A stretch of DNA of 64,000 nt, taken from the NCBI GenBank assembly GCA_002371705.1, contig DFGI01000066.1, positions 4,472 to 68,471 on the forward strand. Direction: 5' to 3'. The notes beneath the pieces are model-generated. The model worked only from the letters and a program-made list of their open reading frames with translations. It made no database searches and had not been told where the DNA came from. The stretch comes from Bacteroidales bacterium UBA3754 (GTDB taxonomy: Bacteria > Bacteroidota > Bacteroidia > Bacteroidales > UBA1715). The position numbers and the translations under genes were made by a program. Numbering within the stretch: the first letter of the stretch is position 1; each line of letters starts with the position of its first letter. Positions 18,541 through 26,571 of this stretch are shown one piece after another.

Positions 18541-20181
18541 ATGATACAGAAATTTAAAAAATTGTGCCTGCCCATCCTTTTGAGTGGTTGTATCTTTTTA
18601 CAATCGTGTAGTGACGCGTTGCCAATATTAGTGGAAATATTGGCTGTGGCGGCTTCTGGATGGTTGATTGACGACGAGGATATGGACAATATTCCTGAAG
18701 ACATCGTGATTATTGACCCAGATGAAAAAGGTCTGGCAAAGAAAGTGGATTTGTCGATGAAATTTCCTCCAATTGGAAACCAAGGAAACTACGGAACGTG
18801 CGTGGCTTGGGCGACTGGTTATAACATGAAGACAGCATTGGATGCTATTGATAAAGGTTGGTCTTCATCGCAGTTGTCGAGTACATCGAACCAAACAAGT
18901 CCTGCCGATTTGTGGGCAGGTATCCCAACAGCGTCGCGAGGTACGGGTTGCAACGGTTCAAATTTCGAACCAGCTTTGAACGCCTTGATAAACAAGGGGG
19001 CGGCTTCTATGGCAACTGTGCCATATTCAAAAATTAACTGTTCGTCAACTTCGCCAAAAGGTAATTCTTCGATGAAATTGGCAAACTACCGCAAAATTTG
19101 TAGCGAAACCCAGGGCAAAGATGTGAATAACTTTAAACAATACCTGAGCCAAGGCCGTCCAATCTTGATTGGCGCAAAATTGGGCGATAAGTTTATGTCG
19201 TGGAATAGTTCATCGGTAATTAAATCCGATACATATTTGAAAGATGGTATGCAGCATGCATATCACGCTATGGTATTGAGCGGTTACGACGACGATAAAC
19301 ATGCATTCCGTGTAAGAAACTCGTGGGGGCCGTCGTGGGGCGATAACGGCAGCATTTGGGTTGATTACGATTTCTTCCTGAATAGCTTTGTATTTGCTGC
19401 GTTTGTTGCTCAAAACGAAAGCAGTGTTTCATTTTCGGGTTCCACCATTGCTTCGGAGGACTTGACATCGGGCTATGATTTGTTGGCTTATTCTGCGGAG
19501 GATAAAGTTGATCCAGATGGCGAATCAGAGCAGGATAGAATTTTCGAATATGCAATCTACAATTCTGGAACGAACACAATTAAAGCAAGCCAGAAATGGT
19601 CGGCTGTATATATGTATTACAATGCAAGCAATGCAAAAGATTACCAAATCATATATGAGGATTATTACACTGATGAATTTGGCGATAATGATGAACACAT
19701 GGATATATTGCCGGAAAATATGACGGATGCAATGTGTGGTGGTTATTGGAACAACATTGACGTAGCACCTGGTAGTCAAATTGGTGAGGCGTATGAAATT
19801 GCCTACTCAATGCCTGAAATCACAGGTCGGTATTATTTAGTGGTGTTTGTTGATGCGTTCGATGCAATTGCCGAAGGAAACGAGGACAACAATTTCTACT
19901 TCATAACAGCTGAAAACGGCAAGCCACTTGAATTTGAAAACGGTGTATTGAAAACCGATTTGAAATCGTCAACATTGAAGGCACTGAAAACGCCGAAAGC
20001 ATTTGGCGATACCGAGCACCAAACGCCAATTTGTAGAGCGAATCCGAACGCATATTCGCCAGCGGAAATCAGCCGATTGATTCTTCACGACAAATCAACT
20101 GGCGAACTTGATGCAAAAGTTGCCCAATATCGTTTGAAATCGGCTACAACCCGTCCAGCTCGAAAAGTATTGAAAAAATAA
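18541..20181 (+). CDS. C1-family (papain-like) cysteine peptidase lipoprotein with a CARDB-like C-terminal domain
   Basis: Lipobox FLQSC. Catalytic Cys context is QGNYGTCVAWATG, His is HAYHAMVLSGYDD, and Asn/Trp is RVRNSWGPSWGDNG. The C-terminal GRYYLVVFVDAFDAIAEGNEDNNFYF is CARDB-like. I prefer the ATG at 18541 over the TTG at 18532. Confidence 0.8.
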   Translation: MIQKFKKLCLPILLSGCIFLQSCSDALPILVEILAVAASGWLIDDEDMDNIPEDIVIIDPDEKGLAKKVDLSMKFPPIGNQGNYGTCVAWATGYNMKTALDAIDKGWSSSQLSSTSNQTSPADLWAGIPTASRGTGCNGSNFEPALNALINKGAASMATVPYSKINCSSTSPKGNSSMKLANYRKICSETQGKDVNNFKQYLSQGRPILIGAKLGDKFMSWNSSSVIKSDTYLKDGMQHAYHAMVLSGYDDDKHAFRVRNSWGPSWGDNGSIWVDYDFFLNSFVFAAFVAQNESSVSFSGSTIASEDLTSGYDLLAYSAEDKVDPDGESEQDRIFEYAIYNSGTNTIKASQKWSAVYMYYNASNAKDYQIIYEDYYTDEFGDNDEHMDILPENMTDAMCGGYWNNIDVAPGSQIGEAYEIAYSMPEITGRYYLVVFVDAFDAIAEGNEDNNFYFITAENGKPLEFENGVLKTDLKSSTLKALKTPKAFGDTEHQTPICRANPNAYSPAEISRLILHDKSTGELDAKVAQYRLKSATTRPARKVLKK

Positions 20182-20196
20182 TTTCGAACAACATAC

Positions 20197-20240
20197 AAAA
20201 ACAGAGCCATAGGATATTTCTTATGGCTCTGTTTTATTTT
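20197..20240. terminator. Bidirectional intrinsic terminator between convergent genes
   Basis: ACAGAGCCATA (20201-20211) pairs with TATGGCTCTGT (20222-20232). An A-run lies 5' and a T-run lies 3'. Confidence 0.65.
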
Positions 20241-20257
20241 AGGAACATGTATAATCT

Positions 20258-21517
20258 TTATTTAAACGATTTCAATCCGTCAAAATCAAGTGTCGCAAAG
20301 TAATCGTTAACCGTTTCGGCACGACGAATCATTTTTACCGAGCCGTCGGTGCGGAGAAGCAATTCAGCCGAACGAAGTTTTCCGTTGTAGTTGAATCCCA
20401 TTGCATGACCGTGTGCACCCGCATCGTGAATGGCAAGAATGTCGCCAATCTCGATTTCTGGCAGATTGCGTTGGATTGCAAACTTGTCGTTGTTTTCGCA
20501 CAACGAGCCAGTCACGTCATATACGTGGTCACACGGCTGATTTTCCTTTCCCAACACGGTAATATGATGATATGCTCCGTACATTCCCGGACGCATAAGG
20601 TTGTTCATGCTTGCGTCGCAGCCCACGTATTCGCGGAATGTGTGTTTCAAGTGACGGACTGTCGTAACCAAATAGCCGTAAGGACCAGTGATGAAACGTC
20701 CCGATTCCAGATACAGTTTCACAGGTGCAAGGCCGTTAGGAACAAGAATCGATTCGTATTCCTTGCGAATGCCTTCGCTGATTTTGAACACGTTGAGTTT
20801 CTTTTGCTCAGGACGATACGGAATGCCAAGACCGCCGCCAAGGTTGATGAAATCGAAGCGAATGCCTAATTGTTTGTGAATTTTTACGACAAGATTGAAT
20901 AAAATTCGTGCCGTTTCGGCAAAATAATCCTCGTTCAACTCGTTGGAAGCCACCATAGTATGAATACCGAAACGTTTTACGCCGCGTTCCATCAACATTT
21001 TGTAGCCATCGAAGAGTTGATTTTCCATAAAACCATATTTTGCTTCTTCGGGAGTACCGATAATGGCATTTCCCGATTTCAGATTTCCCGGATTATAACG
21101 GAACGAAACCAATTCGGGCAAGCCGGCAACTTTGTCTAAATAGTCAATGTGAGTTATGTCGTCGAGATTGATGATAGCGCCCAGTTCCTTGGCTTTCTTA
21201 AACTCGTAGTCGCCAGTGTCGTTGGAGGTAAACATAATGTTTTCGCCAAGATTTCCAACTTGTTCCGAAATGAGCAATTCAGGATACGAACTACAATCGC
21301 AACCAAAGCCGTGTTGTGCCAAAATCTTTATCAGATAAGGATTTGGGGCGGCTTTCACAGCAAAATATTCGTGAAAACCCTCGTTCCATGCAAATGCTTT
21401 TTTTAATTCTTCGGCATTCTCAATTATCGCCTTTTCGTCGTAGATATGGAACGGTGTAGGATATTGTTTTATGATTTCCTGAATTTGTTCTTTTGTGAAT
21501 GGAACTGATTTAGCCAT
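20258..21517 (-). CDS. Type III PLP-dependent decarboxylase, diaminopimelate-decarboxylase family
   Basis: 419 aa: TPFHIYDE...YFAVKAAPNP (PLP-Lys context)...DCSS..EL...INLGGGLGIPY...ESGRF...CENND. The substrate (meso-DAP versus a polyamine precursor) cannot be decided by eye. Confidence 0.75.
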   Translation of the reverse strand: MAKSVPFTKEQIQEIIKQYPTPFHIYDEKAIIENAEELKKAFAWNEGFHEYFAVKAAPNPYLIKILAQHGFGCDCSSYPELLISEQVGNLGENIMFTSNDTGDYEFKKAKELGAIINLDDITHIDYLDKVAGLPELVSFRYNPGNLKSGNAIIGTPEEAKYGFMENQLFDGYKMLMERGVKRFGIHTMVASNELNEDYFAETARILFNLVVKIHKQLGIRFDFINLGGGLGIPYRPEQKKLNVFKISEGIRKEYESILVPNGLAPVKLYLESGRFITGPYGYLVTTVRHLKHTFREYVGCDASMNNLMRPGMYGAYHHITVLGKENQPCDHVYDVTGSLCENNDKFAIQRNLPEIEIGDILAIHDAGAHGHAMGFNYNGKLRSAELLLRTDGSVKMIRRAETVNDYFATLDFDGLKSFK

Positions 21518-21538
21518 TGTCGTTTATTTTTTATGCGA

Positions 21539-21546
21539 CAAAAATA
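21539..21546 (-). promoter_or_regulatory. -7 box (TATTTTTG on the minus strand) for the decarboxylase gene
   Basis: This is the only exact TAnnTTTG match on the minus strand in 21518-22016. It sits 22 nt upstream of the ATG at 21517. Confidence 0.4.
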
Positions 21547-21618
21547 CAGATTATCAACAGAAATCAACAAAGAAGGATGAATTTATTTATCGTGAATACA
21601 GCGTATTTTATTTCTTAT

Positions 21619-21721
21619 GTTCCATTTCTTTCGGCGGCGAAAGAATTTTGCGATTAAGTGAGAGCAAAGAAAATGTATTTTCTTTGCCGAACGTGAGCAA
21701 AATGCCAAAAGGAAACGGAAC
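21619..21721 (-). other. Nested-helix structured element of unknown function
   Basis: Two perfect hairpins are present: 21626-21645 (TTCTTTCG/CGAAAGAA) and 21664-21687 (GCAAAGAAAA/TTTTCTTTGC). TTTTGC (21646-21651) can pair with GCAAAA (21697-21702) around the second hairpin. An outer helix pairs 21619-21625 with 21715-21721, and it is fully paired (with one G-U) only on the minus strand. Confidence 0.3.
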
Positions 21722-21859
21722 CCAAAGAAAGATCGCCAATCAGCTAAGTCGGGAAGTTGTGCTAACAAAGATTCTCTTTTAGTGACAATAGGTATTAAAC
21801 TTCCTTAAACGAAGATGTATTCTAATGAACATGACTGTTGCATACAACAACCGAAAGTT

Positions 21860-21955
21860 TTTGATTTTCAATAAATTAAGATAGTGTATTTTTTACACTA
21901 ACTAAAATTTTGTTGAAAAATGCTTTTTATATTGTTTTATTTTTCTTTACCTTTG
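21860..21955 (+). promoter_or_regulatory. Conserved promoter module, copy A (palindrome TAGTGTA-N5-TACACTA at 21882-21900; -7 box TACCTTTG at 21948-21955)
   Basis: This 96-nt block aligns without gaps to 25454-25549. By hand count, 82/96 positions are identical and 46 of the first 48 are identical. The palindrome and -7 box sit at identical offsets in both copies. Confidence 0.6.
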
Positions 21956-22016
21956 TGTATTAATTGAAGATTACTAATTAAATGATATACTACCTTACAT
22001 TTAACCTTTTTAAAAA

Positions 22017-23045
22017 ATGAAATCATTTCAGTATTCAATTTTTTTGCTTTTGATAGCATTCACTTCGTGTACAGGAGAGTACGATGAAGACATTTCAAAC
22101 GTAATTCAACGTAAAGATTCCGAAAAGACTATCGCAATTTCAGGTATAATCACCTCGGAATACAGTAAACAAACAATAGTTGTTTCACGGTCAATAGACT
22201 TTAGTGAACTCTATTTGTCTTCTGATGGTAATCCAAATAAATTTAAAGACGCTTTCACGAACAAAAGAGTCTGTGGAGCGAAAGTATCTGTGGAAGTGGC
22301 AGGGAAAAAGTATGATTTTAAGGAAATACATGATTCAATTAATTATTATGGAATGGCATACGTCGAAATATATTATGAATCCGTTGATTCGTTTGCTGGC
22401 GTTCCCAACCAAGAACATAAACTTGTGGTGGAAGTTGAAGGAAAAACATATACCGCCACGGATGTGATGCCTCAAGTTTCGGAGATTACTTTTAATGAAA
22501 ATAGCCCTCTCTATCTTTATCTTTGGGGAGGTAAGGGGTCGGGGGACACTGCTACGTGTTACCCAGAATATCTGTTTGGACAACAGGAAGCATTTATAAT
22601 GGGATTTAGAGCAATTCCTACCCCCGAGGCAAAACAATTTTTGGGGGTAGAAGACCATAATTATAATGAACTGATTTCTAATTTTGGACACCCAAGTTAT
22701 TCTTTCCGACAATTAGCATCACCACAATTAATAGGAGCAGTAAGCGAAAACTCTGGTATCACAAGAATTAATCCAGGAAACTTAGAAAACATGGATTTAA
22801 CTGACACTGTGGCGATTTCAAAAATGTCGTGTTCCCCTCCATATGAATATTTCTTGTATTGCTTGTTCCAGAACTTGAAAGCGAGTAAGTACGATTTTGG
22901 AGAAATATCGTCAAATCTGCCTACCAACATCTCCAATGGCGGTGTAGGATTCTTTTCGGCATGCGATGTAGAGAGGAAAGATTTTAATAAATGGGAGCTA
23001 ACAAGTTTAGCACATTCCATTGGTAATATCGTTGAACCTCGTTAA
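22017..23045 (+). CDS. DUF4249-like lipoprotein, paralog A
   Basis: Lipobox IAFTSC. ISGIITSEYSKQTIVVSRS matches the N-terminal pattern of DUF4249 proteins that accompany CarboxypepD_reg-type TonB-dependent receptors. It is a paralog of 26572-27564. Confidence 0.6.
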   Translation: MKSFQYSIFLLLIAFTSCTGEYDEDISNVIQRKDSEKTIAISGIITSEYSKQTIVVSRSIDFSELYLSSDGNPNKFKDAFTNKRVCGAKVSVEVAGKKYDFKEIHDSINYYGMAYVEIYYESVDSFAGVPNQEHKLVVEVEGKTYTATDVMPQVSEITFNENSPLYLYLWGGKGSGDTATCYPEYLFGQQEAFIMGFRAIPTPEAKQFLGVEDHNYNELISNFGHPSYSFRQLASPQLIGAVSENSGITRINPGNLENMDLTDTVAISKMSCSPPYEYFLYCLFQNLKASKYDFGEISSNLPTNISNGGVGFFSACDVERKDFNKWELTSLAHSIGNIVEPR

Positions 23046-23094
23046 AAAAGAATAGTTAACAAACCGCATAATAAAATTAAAACAGAGATTACGT

Positions 23095-25380
23095 ATGAAG
23101 ACATTTTATAAATATATATTCTTGTTAACCAGTGTTATAGCAGGATTTTCGGCTATCGCACAAGATTTTTCTATATCGGGTTATGTAAAAGACAGTGCGA
23201 GCAGTGAAGTAATTGTGGGCGCCACAATATACGAAGCAACAACCAATACGGCAGTCATTTCTAACGAATACGGTTTTTTCAGTATGCGTTTAAAACCTGG
23301 CACGTATACCTTGGAATGCAGCAGTCTTGGGGCAAAAACCCAAACGCAGGACATTCAAGTAAGCGGCAACACACGCATAGTATTCCGTCTGCCAAGCCAA
23401 TCGTACGATATTGACAAAGTTGTGGTACACGCCCAGCAACAAACATCCGATGTTGTGACAAAACATCTTTCCGCAAAACAAATTGAGCTTACGCCATCCA
23501 CATTTGGCGTACCCGATGTTATAAAAGTGGTTCAGACCATGCCTGGAATTAAAACGATAGGCGACGGAACGACTGGCATGTACGTCCGTGGCGGCAACCG
23601 CGACCAGAATATGATTCGCATTGACGAGGCAAACATTTACAACGTGTCGCATATGTATGGATATGTTTCTTCCTTCAACCCCGACATGCTCAACGAAGTG
23701 AGATTTTACAACAGTTATTTCTCGCCGGAATACGGAGGAAGAATTTCCTCGGTGCTCGATGCGCAAATGAAAGAAGGAAATCTTAACTCATTTAGCGGAA
23801 GTGCCTTGCTGAGCATATTAACAGCAAACGCAACTGTGGAAGGACCTATCAAAAAGGACGTTGCTTCCTTCTTTGTGGCAGGAAGACGAAGCACATTGGA
23901 CATTATACACAAATTCAGTGATATTGTCAATGTGCCCGCTTTTTACGATGTGAATGCGAAAGTCAACTGCAAAATCAACGACAAAAACCGCGTATTCCTT
24001 TCAAGCTACATCAGCTCCGATTATCAGAAATATCCGCCATTTTTGGAAAGCGACGCACTTAATGTGAGTGGAACAGCGCGATGGATTAGCGAACTGCGTC
24101 CGAAACTGTTCTTGACCACATCGGTTGTGGCAAGCAAATACAGCAACAAAACAAACTTTCTGGATTCCACAAAGCGCACATGGTTGGTTGGTGTGAACGA
24201 ATACACCGCTAAATCAAAGCTCAATTGGTATATTTCGAACAACCAAAAGGTATTGGTGGGAGTGCAATCGTCAGTTTTCCAACTCACTCCGGGCAAAACG
24301 GGCGATGTGGCAAACAGCATTTCCGATATGCAGTTGTTCGAACCATCGTTGTTTGCAAACCACACCATCTCCGTGAACAATTGGACATTTATGTACGGTC
24401 TGCGTGTGACCCAATACCACAATTTCGGGGAGGCCACATGGTACACGATTGACAACGGGTTAGCAATTGCCGAAAACAAAGAGTCTTCTGGCATTTGGAA
24501 CTCCTACACGTGCGTGGAGCCGCGTGTTCACATAGCGAAGAAAATCAAGGATTCGGAACTTTCTGCTTCGTTTACCCGAACATCGCAGTCAATGCAGTCA
24601 CTATCGAACAGCAAGTTGAACTATTCGTCGCTTGAAACGTGGTTCTGTTCGTCGCCGAACTTAAAGCCAGTGGAGGCTGAAAATTTCTCCGTTGGCTATA
24701 CCCTGAAGAAGAAAAACATAGGATTGCTCGCCGAGGCATACTATCGAAATATTCATAACCAAATAGACTACATTGACCATGCGTACTTGCTCGCAAATCC
24801 GTATGCCGAATCGCAGGTAAAGGCTGGAAATGCTCGTGCCTATGGTTTTGAAATTGCAGTTAATAGAGAGGGGGAACGCAACCAGATTTCCGCCAGCTAT
24901 TCGTTCGCGAAAGTTTTATATGACATCCCCGAAATTATGGATGAGCCCTATCGCGCGCCATACGATATGCCGCATGATATAAAGCTGCAAGTGACACAGC
25001 GTATCAAGGAACGGTGGTCTTGTAGCGCATTGTGGGTGTTTGCAAGCGGCCGTCCAGGGACATTTGCACAGGGATATTATGAGTATAAGGGAACGAAAAT
25101 TCCAATCTATAATAAACGAAATTCAGATTCATATCCTGTATATCATCGATTGGACGTTTCATTGCATTACAACGGCAAGCCGCACAAACATTATGAACAA
25201 AACTTTTCGATAGGCATATTCAATGTGTATGGTAGAAAGAACATTCTATACTACGATTTTGCAACAGATTATGCATACATCGGAGGCAACCTTACTACCA
25301 TTAAGGAGCAATACAATGTTAAAGCGTATTATTTCAGTGCGTTCGTGCCAAATTTCACTTACAAGGTAAGTTTTAAATAA
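23095..25380 (+). CDS. TonB-dependent receptor with an N-terminal carboxypeptidase-regulatory-like domain, paralog A
   Basis: Signal peptide; a CarboxypepD_reg-like domain (ISGYVKDSASSEVIVGATIYE...GFFSMRL..GTYTLECSSLG); a plug (VVQTMPGIKT..GMYVRGGNRDQNMIRIDEANIYN); a long beta-barrel ending in FTYKVSFK with a terminal aromatic-x-basic pattern. Confidence 0.85.
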   Translation: MKTFYKYIFLLTSVIAGFSAIAQDFSISGYVKDSASSEVIVGATIYEATTNTAVISNEYGFFSMRLKPGTYTLECSSLGAKTQTQDIQVSGNTRIVFRLPSQSYDIDKVVVHAQQQTSDVVTKHLSAKQIELTPSTFGVPDVIKVVQTMPGIKTIGDGTTGMYVRGGNRDQNMIRIDEANIYNVSHMYGYVSSFNPDMLNEVRFYNSYFSPEYGGRISSVLDAQMKEGNLNSFSGSALLSILTANATVEGPIKKDVASFFVAGRRSTLDIIHKFSDIVNVPAFYDVNAKVNCKINDKNRVFLSSYISSDYQKYPPFLESDALNVSGTARWISELRPKLFLTTSVVASKYSNKTNFLDSTKRTWLVGVNEYTAKSKLNWYISNNQKVLVGVQSSVFQLTPGKTGDVANSISDMQLFEPSLFANHTISVNNWTFMYGLRVTQYHNFGEATWYTIDNGLAIAENKESSGIWNSYTCVEPRVHIAKKIKDSELSASFTRTSQSMQSLSNSKLNYSSLETWFCSSPNLKPVEAENFSVGYTLKKKNIGLLAEAYYRNIHNQIDYIDHAYLLANPYAESQVKAGNARAYGFEIAVNREGERNQISASYSFAKVLYDIPEIMDEPYRAPYDMPHDIKLQVTQRIKERWSCSALWVFASGRPGTFAQGYYEYKGTKIPIYNKRNSDSYPVYHRLDVSLHYNGKPHKHYEQNFSIGIFNVYGRKNILYYDFATDYAYIGGNLTTIKEQYNVKAYYFSAFVPNFTYKVSFK

Positions 25381-25453
25381 AAATTGGCGGAATCAATGGA
25401 AAACGTCATTGAATACTAGAATTTAGAATGGAAATATTTTACAAATAAAAATA

Positions 25454-25549
25454 TTTGATTTTCAATAAATTAACATAGTGTACTTTTTACACTAACTAAA
25501 AATTTATTAAAAAATATTTTTAGTTTTATTATATTTTTCTTTATATTTG
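25454..25549 (+). promoter_or_regulatory. Conserved promoter module, copy B (palindrome at 25476-25494; -7 box TATATTTG at 25542-25549)
   Basis: See copy A. The spacing from palindrome centre to -7 box is 57 nt in both copies. The leader to the first ATG is 61 nt in A and 63 nt in B. Confidence 0.6.
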
Positions 25550-25612
25550 CTATGGGAAAATATAAATTATATATATCTTATCATTAACTAAAAACAAATT
25601 TTTAAAAATTTT

Positions 25613-26422
25613 ATGAAAAATTCAATTTTAAAAACATTGTACGTATGTTCGCTTGCGATAGCAGCAACCGCATGTAGTGAAAAACAAGGTACCGTTGAAG
25701 ACAATCCAGAACTTGTGTCTATGGGTTACCAAGGAAAAACAATTGTAGTTAAAGATGCCGTAAACGACGACAATCTTGTGTTAAAAGTGTATGCCAAAGA
25801 CGAAGCAACCCTTGCTCTTTGCGATGCAAGTAATTTCACTTTTATCAGTGACCCACAGGGCATAAGTGATTACTATGCAAAAATGGAGGCAGAGGCCGAA
25901 GCCGATGAGGAGATCCTACCTGATTCAGAGGAATTAGATGAACCCGAAGGCATTGATTCCACATACATTGTTGAAATTTTACAGGTAAATCTGAAGAATC
26001 CCCAAAACTCATTCCTATTCACGCAAGATTTGCCTAACCCCTATGCAAATAACGAGCTAAAGAATCTTTGTGGTAGTTATAAGAGTTGGGGTGCGGTTAA
26101 ATTCGTGGAAATTGCTCGTAAAATTAAAGTAACAAATAATGCAACAGGTCTTTGTAATGGAATAAAAGTCAAGATTTTTGATCAATGCCATGAAACTCCA
26201 TTTCACGGATATGCATGGAATCCTGACGATTATACACCACATCAGAAGGAATTAAAGAAGAAAAATGATTCTTTTGTACGTGAGTATGATAGTACTGAGA
26301 TGGTTCAGGGACCTAATAATACTATGGTATGGGGAACATTTGTGGTTTGTTCAGCTCCAAGAAAAGAAAAAAATCGTACTAAGTTAGTATATGAACTATG
26401 GGAATATTCAAAACCACGGTAA
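25613..26422 (+). CDS. Hypothetical lipoprotein with an acidic linker, present only in cassette B
   Basis: Lipobox AATAC, an acidic stretch EAEAEADEEILPDSEELDEPEG, and a Cys-containing C-terminal domain. I recognise no family. Confidence 0.5.
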   Translation: MKNSILKTLYVCSLAIAATACSEKQGTVEDNPELVSMGYQGKTIVVKDAVNDDNLVLKVYAKDEATLALCDASNFTFISDPQGISDYYAKMEAEAEADEEILPDSEELDEPEGIDSTYIVEILQVNLKNPQNSFLFTQDLPNPYANNELKNLCGSYKSWGAVKFVEIARKIKVTNNATGLCNGIKVKIFDQCHETPFHGYAWNPDDYTPHQKELKKKNDSFVREYDSTEMVQGPNNTMVWGTFVVCSAPRKEKNRTKLVYELWEYSKPR

Positions 26423-26504
26423 ATAAAGAACTGTAAAAAGTAAAAAATACAAAATTACATATTCAGATAAGTAATATATATAATTTATATTTGAAGTATG
26501 AATA

Positions 26505-26550
26505 GAATATGTGGTGTATATGCAATACGCCACATATTCTTGATTTTTTG
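26505..26550 (+). terminator. Hairpin plus T-tract (terminator or attenuator) between the 25613 gene and lipoprotein paralog B
   Basis: GAATATGTGG (26505-26514) pairs perfectly with CCACATATTC (26530-26539) and is followed by TTGATTTTTTG. A TATATTTG box lies just upstream at 26486-26493. Confidence 0.45.
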
Positions 26551-26571
26551 AAACAGCATTTATTCAATAAA

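Larger units (their letters stand above)
22017..25380 (+). repeat. Tandem paralogous cassette, copy A (lipoprotein + TonB-dependent receptor)
   Basis: Colinear with 26572-29861. Long stretches are identical at the protein level and many at the nucleotide level (for example acaggagagtacgatgaagacatttc in both). Confidence 0.8.

Noticed and set aside
21495-21782. 95-aa plus-strand ORF and 61-aa minus-strand ORF in the divergent intergenic region
   Set aside because: They overlap the decarboxylase start and promoter and the hairpin element. I see no upstream start signal, and the composition is odd (Lys/Phe/Ser-rich), as expected from translating AT-rich non-coding DNA.
21518-21800. Possible lysine riboswitch (L-box) in front of the DAP-decarboxylase-family gene
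   Set aside because: Reading the minus-strand leader, I could not find the conserved L-box elements: the AGAGGCGC-type 5' segment, the GGGAG...GCCGAAG core, or a five-way junction. The best promoter match also lies downstream of the structured region.
25381-25453. Weak hairpin TCAATG...CATTGA after receptor paralog A as a terminator
   Set aside because: The stem is only 6 bp and A/U-rich, and no T-tract follows. I did not call it.
26509-26571. Longer start (MWCICNTPHIL...) for lipoprotein paralog B
   Set aside because: The extension covers the hairpin and T-tract at 26505-26550. It has no counterpart in paralog A, whose product begins at the signal peptide.
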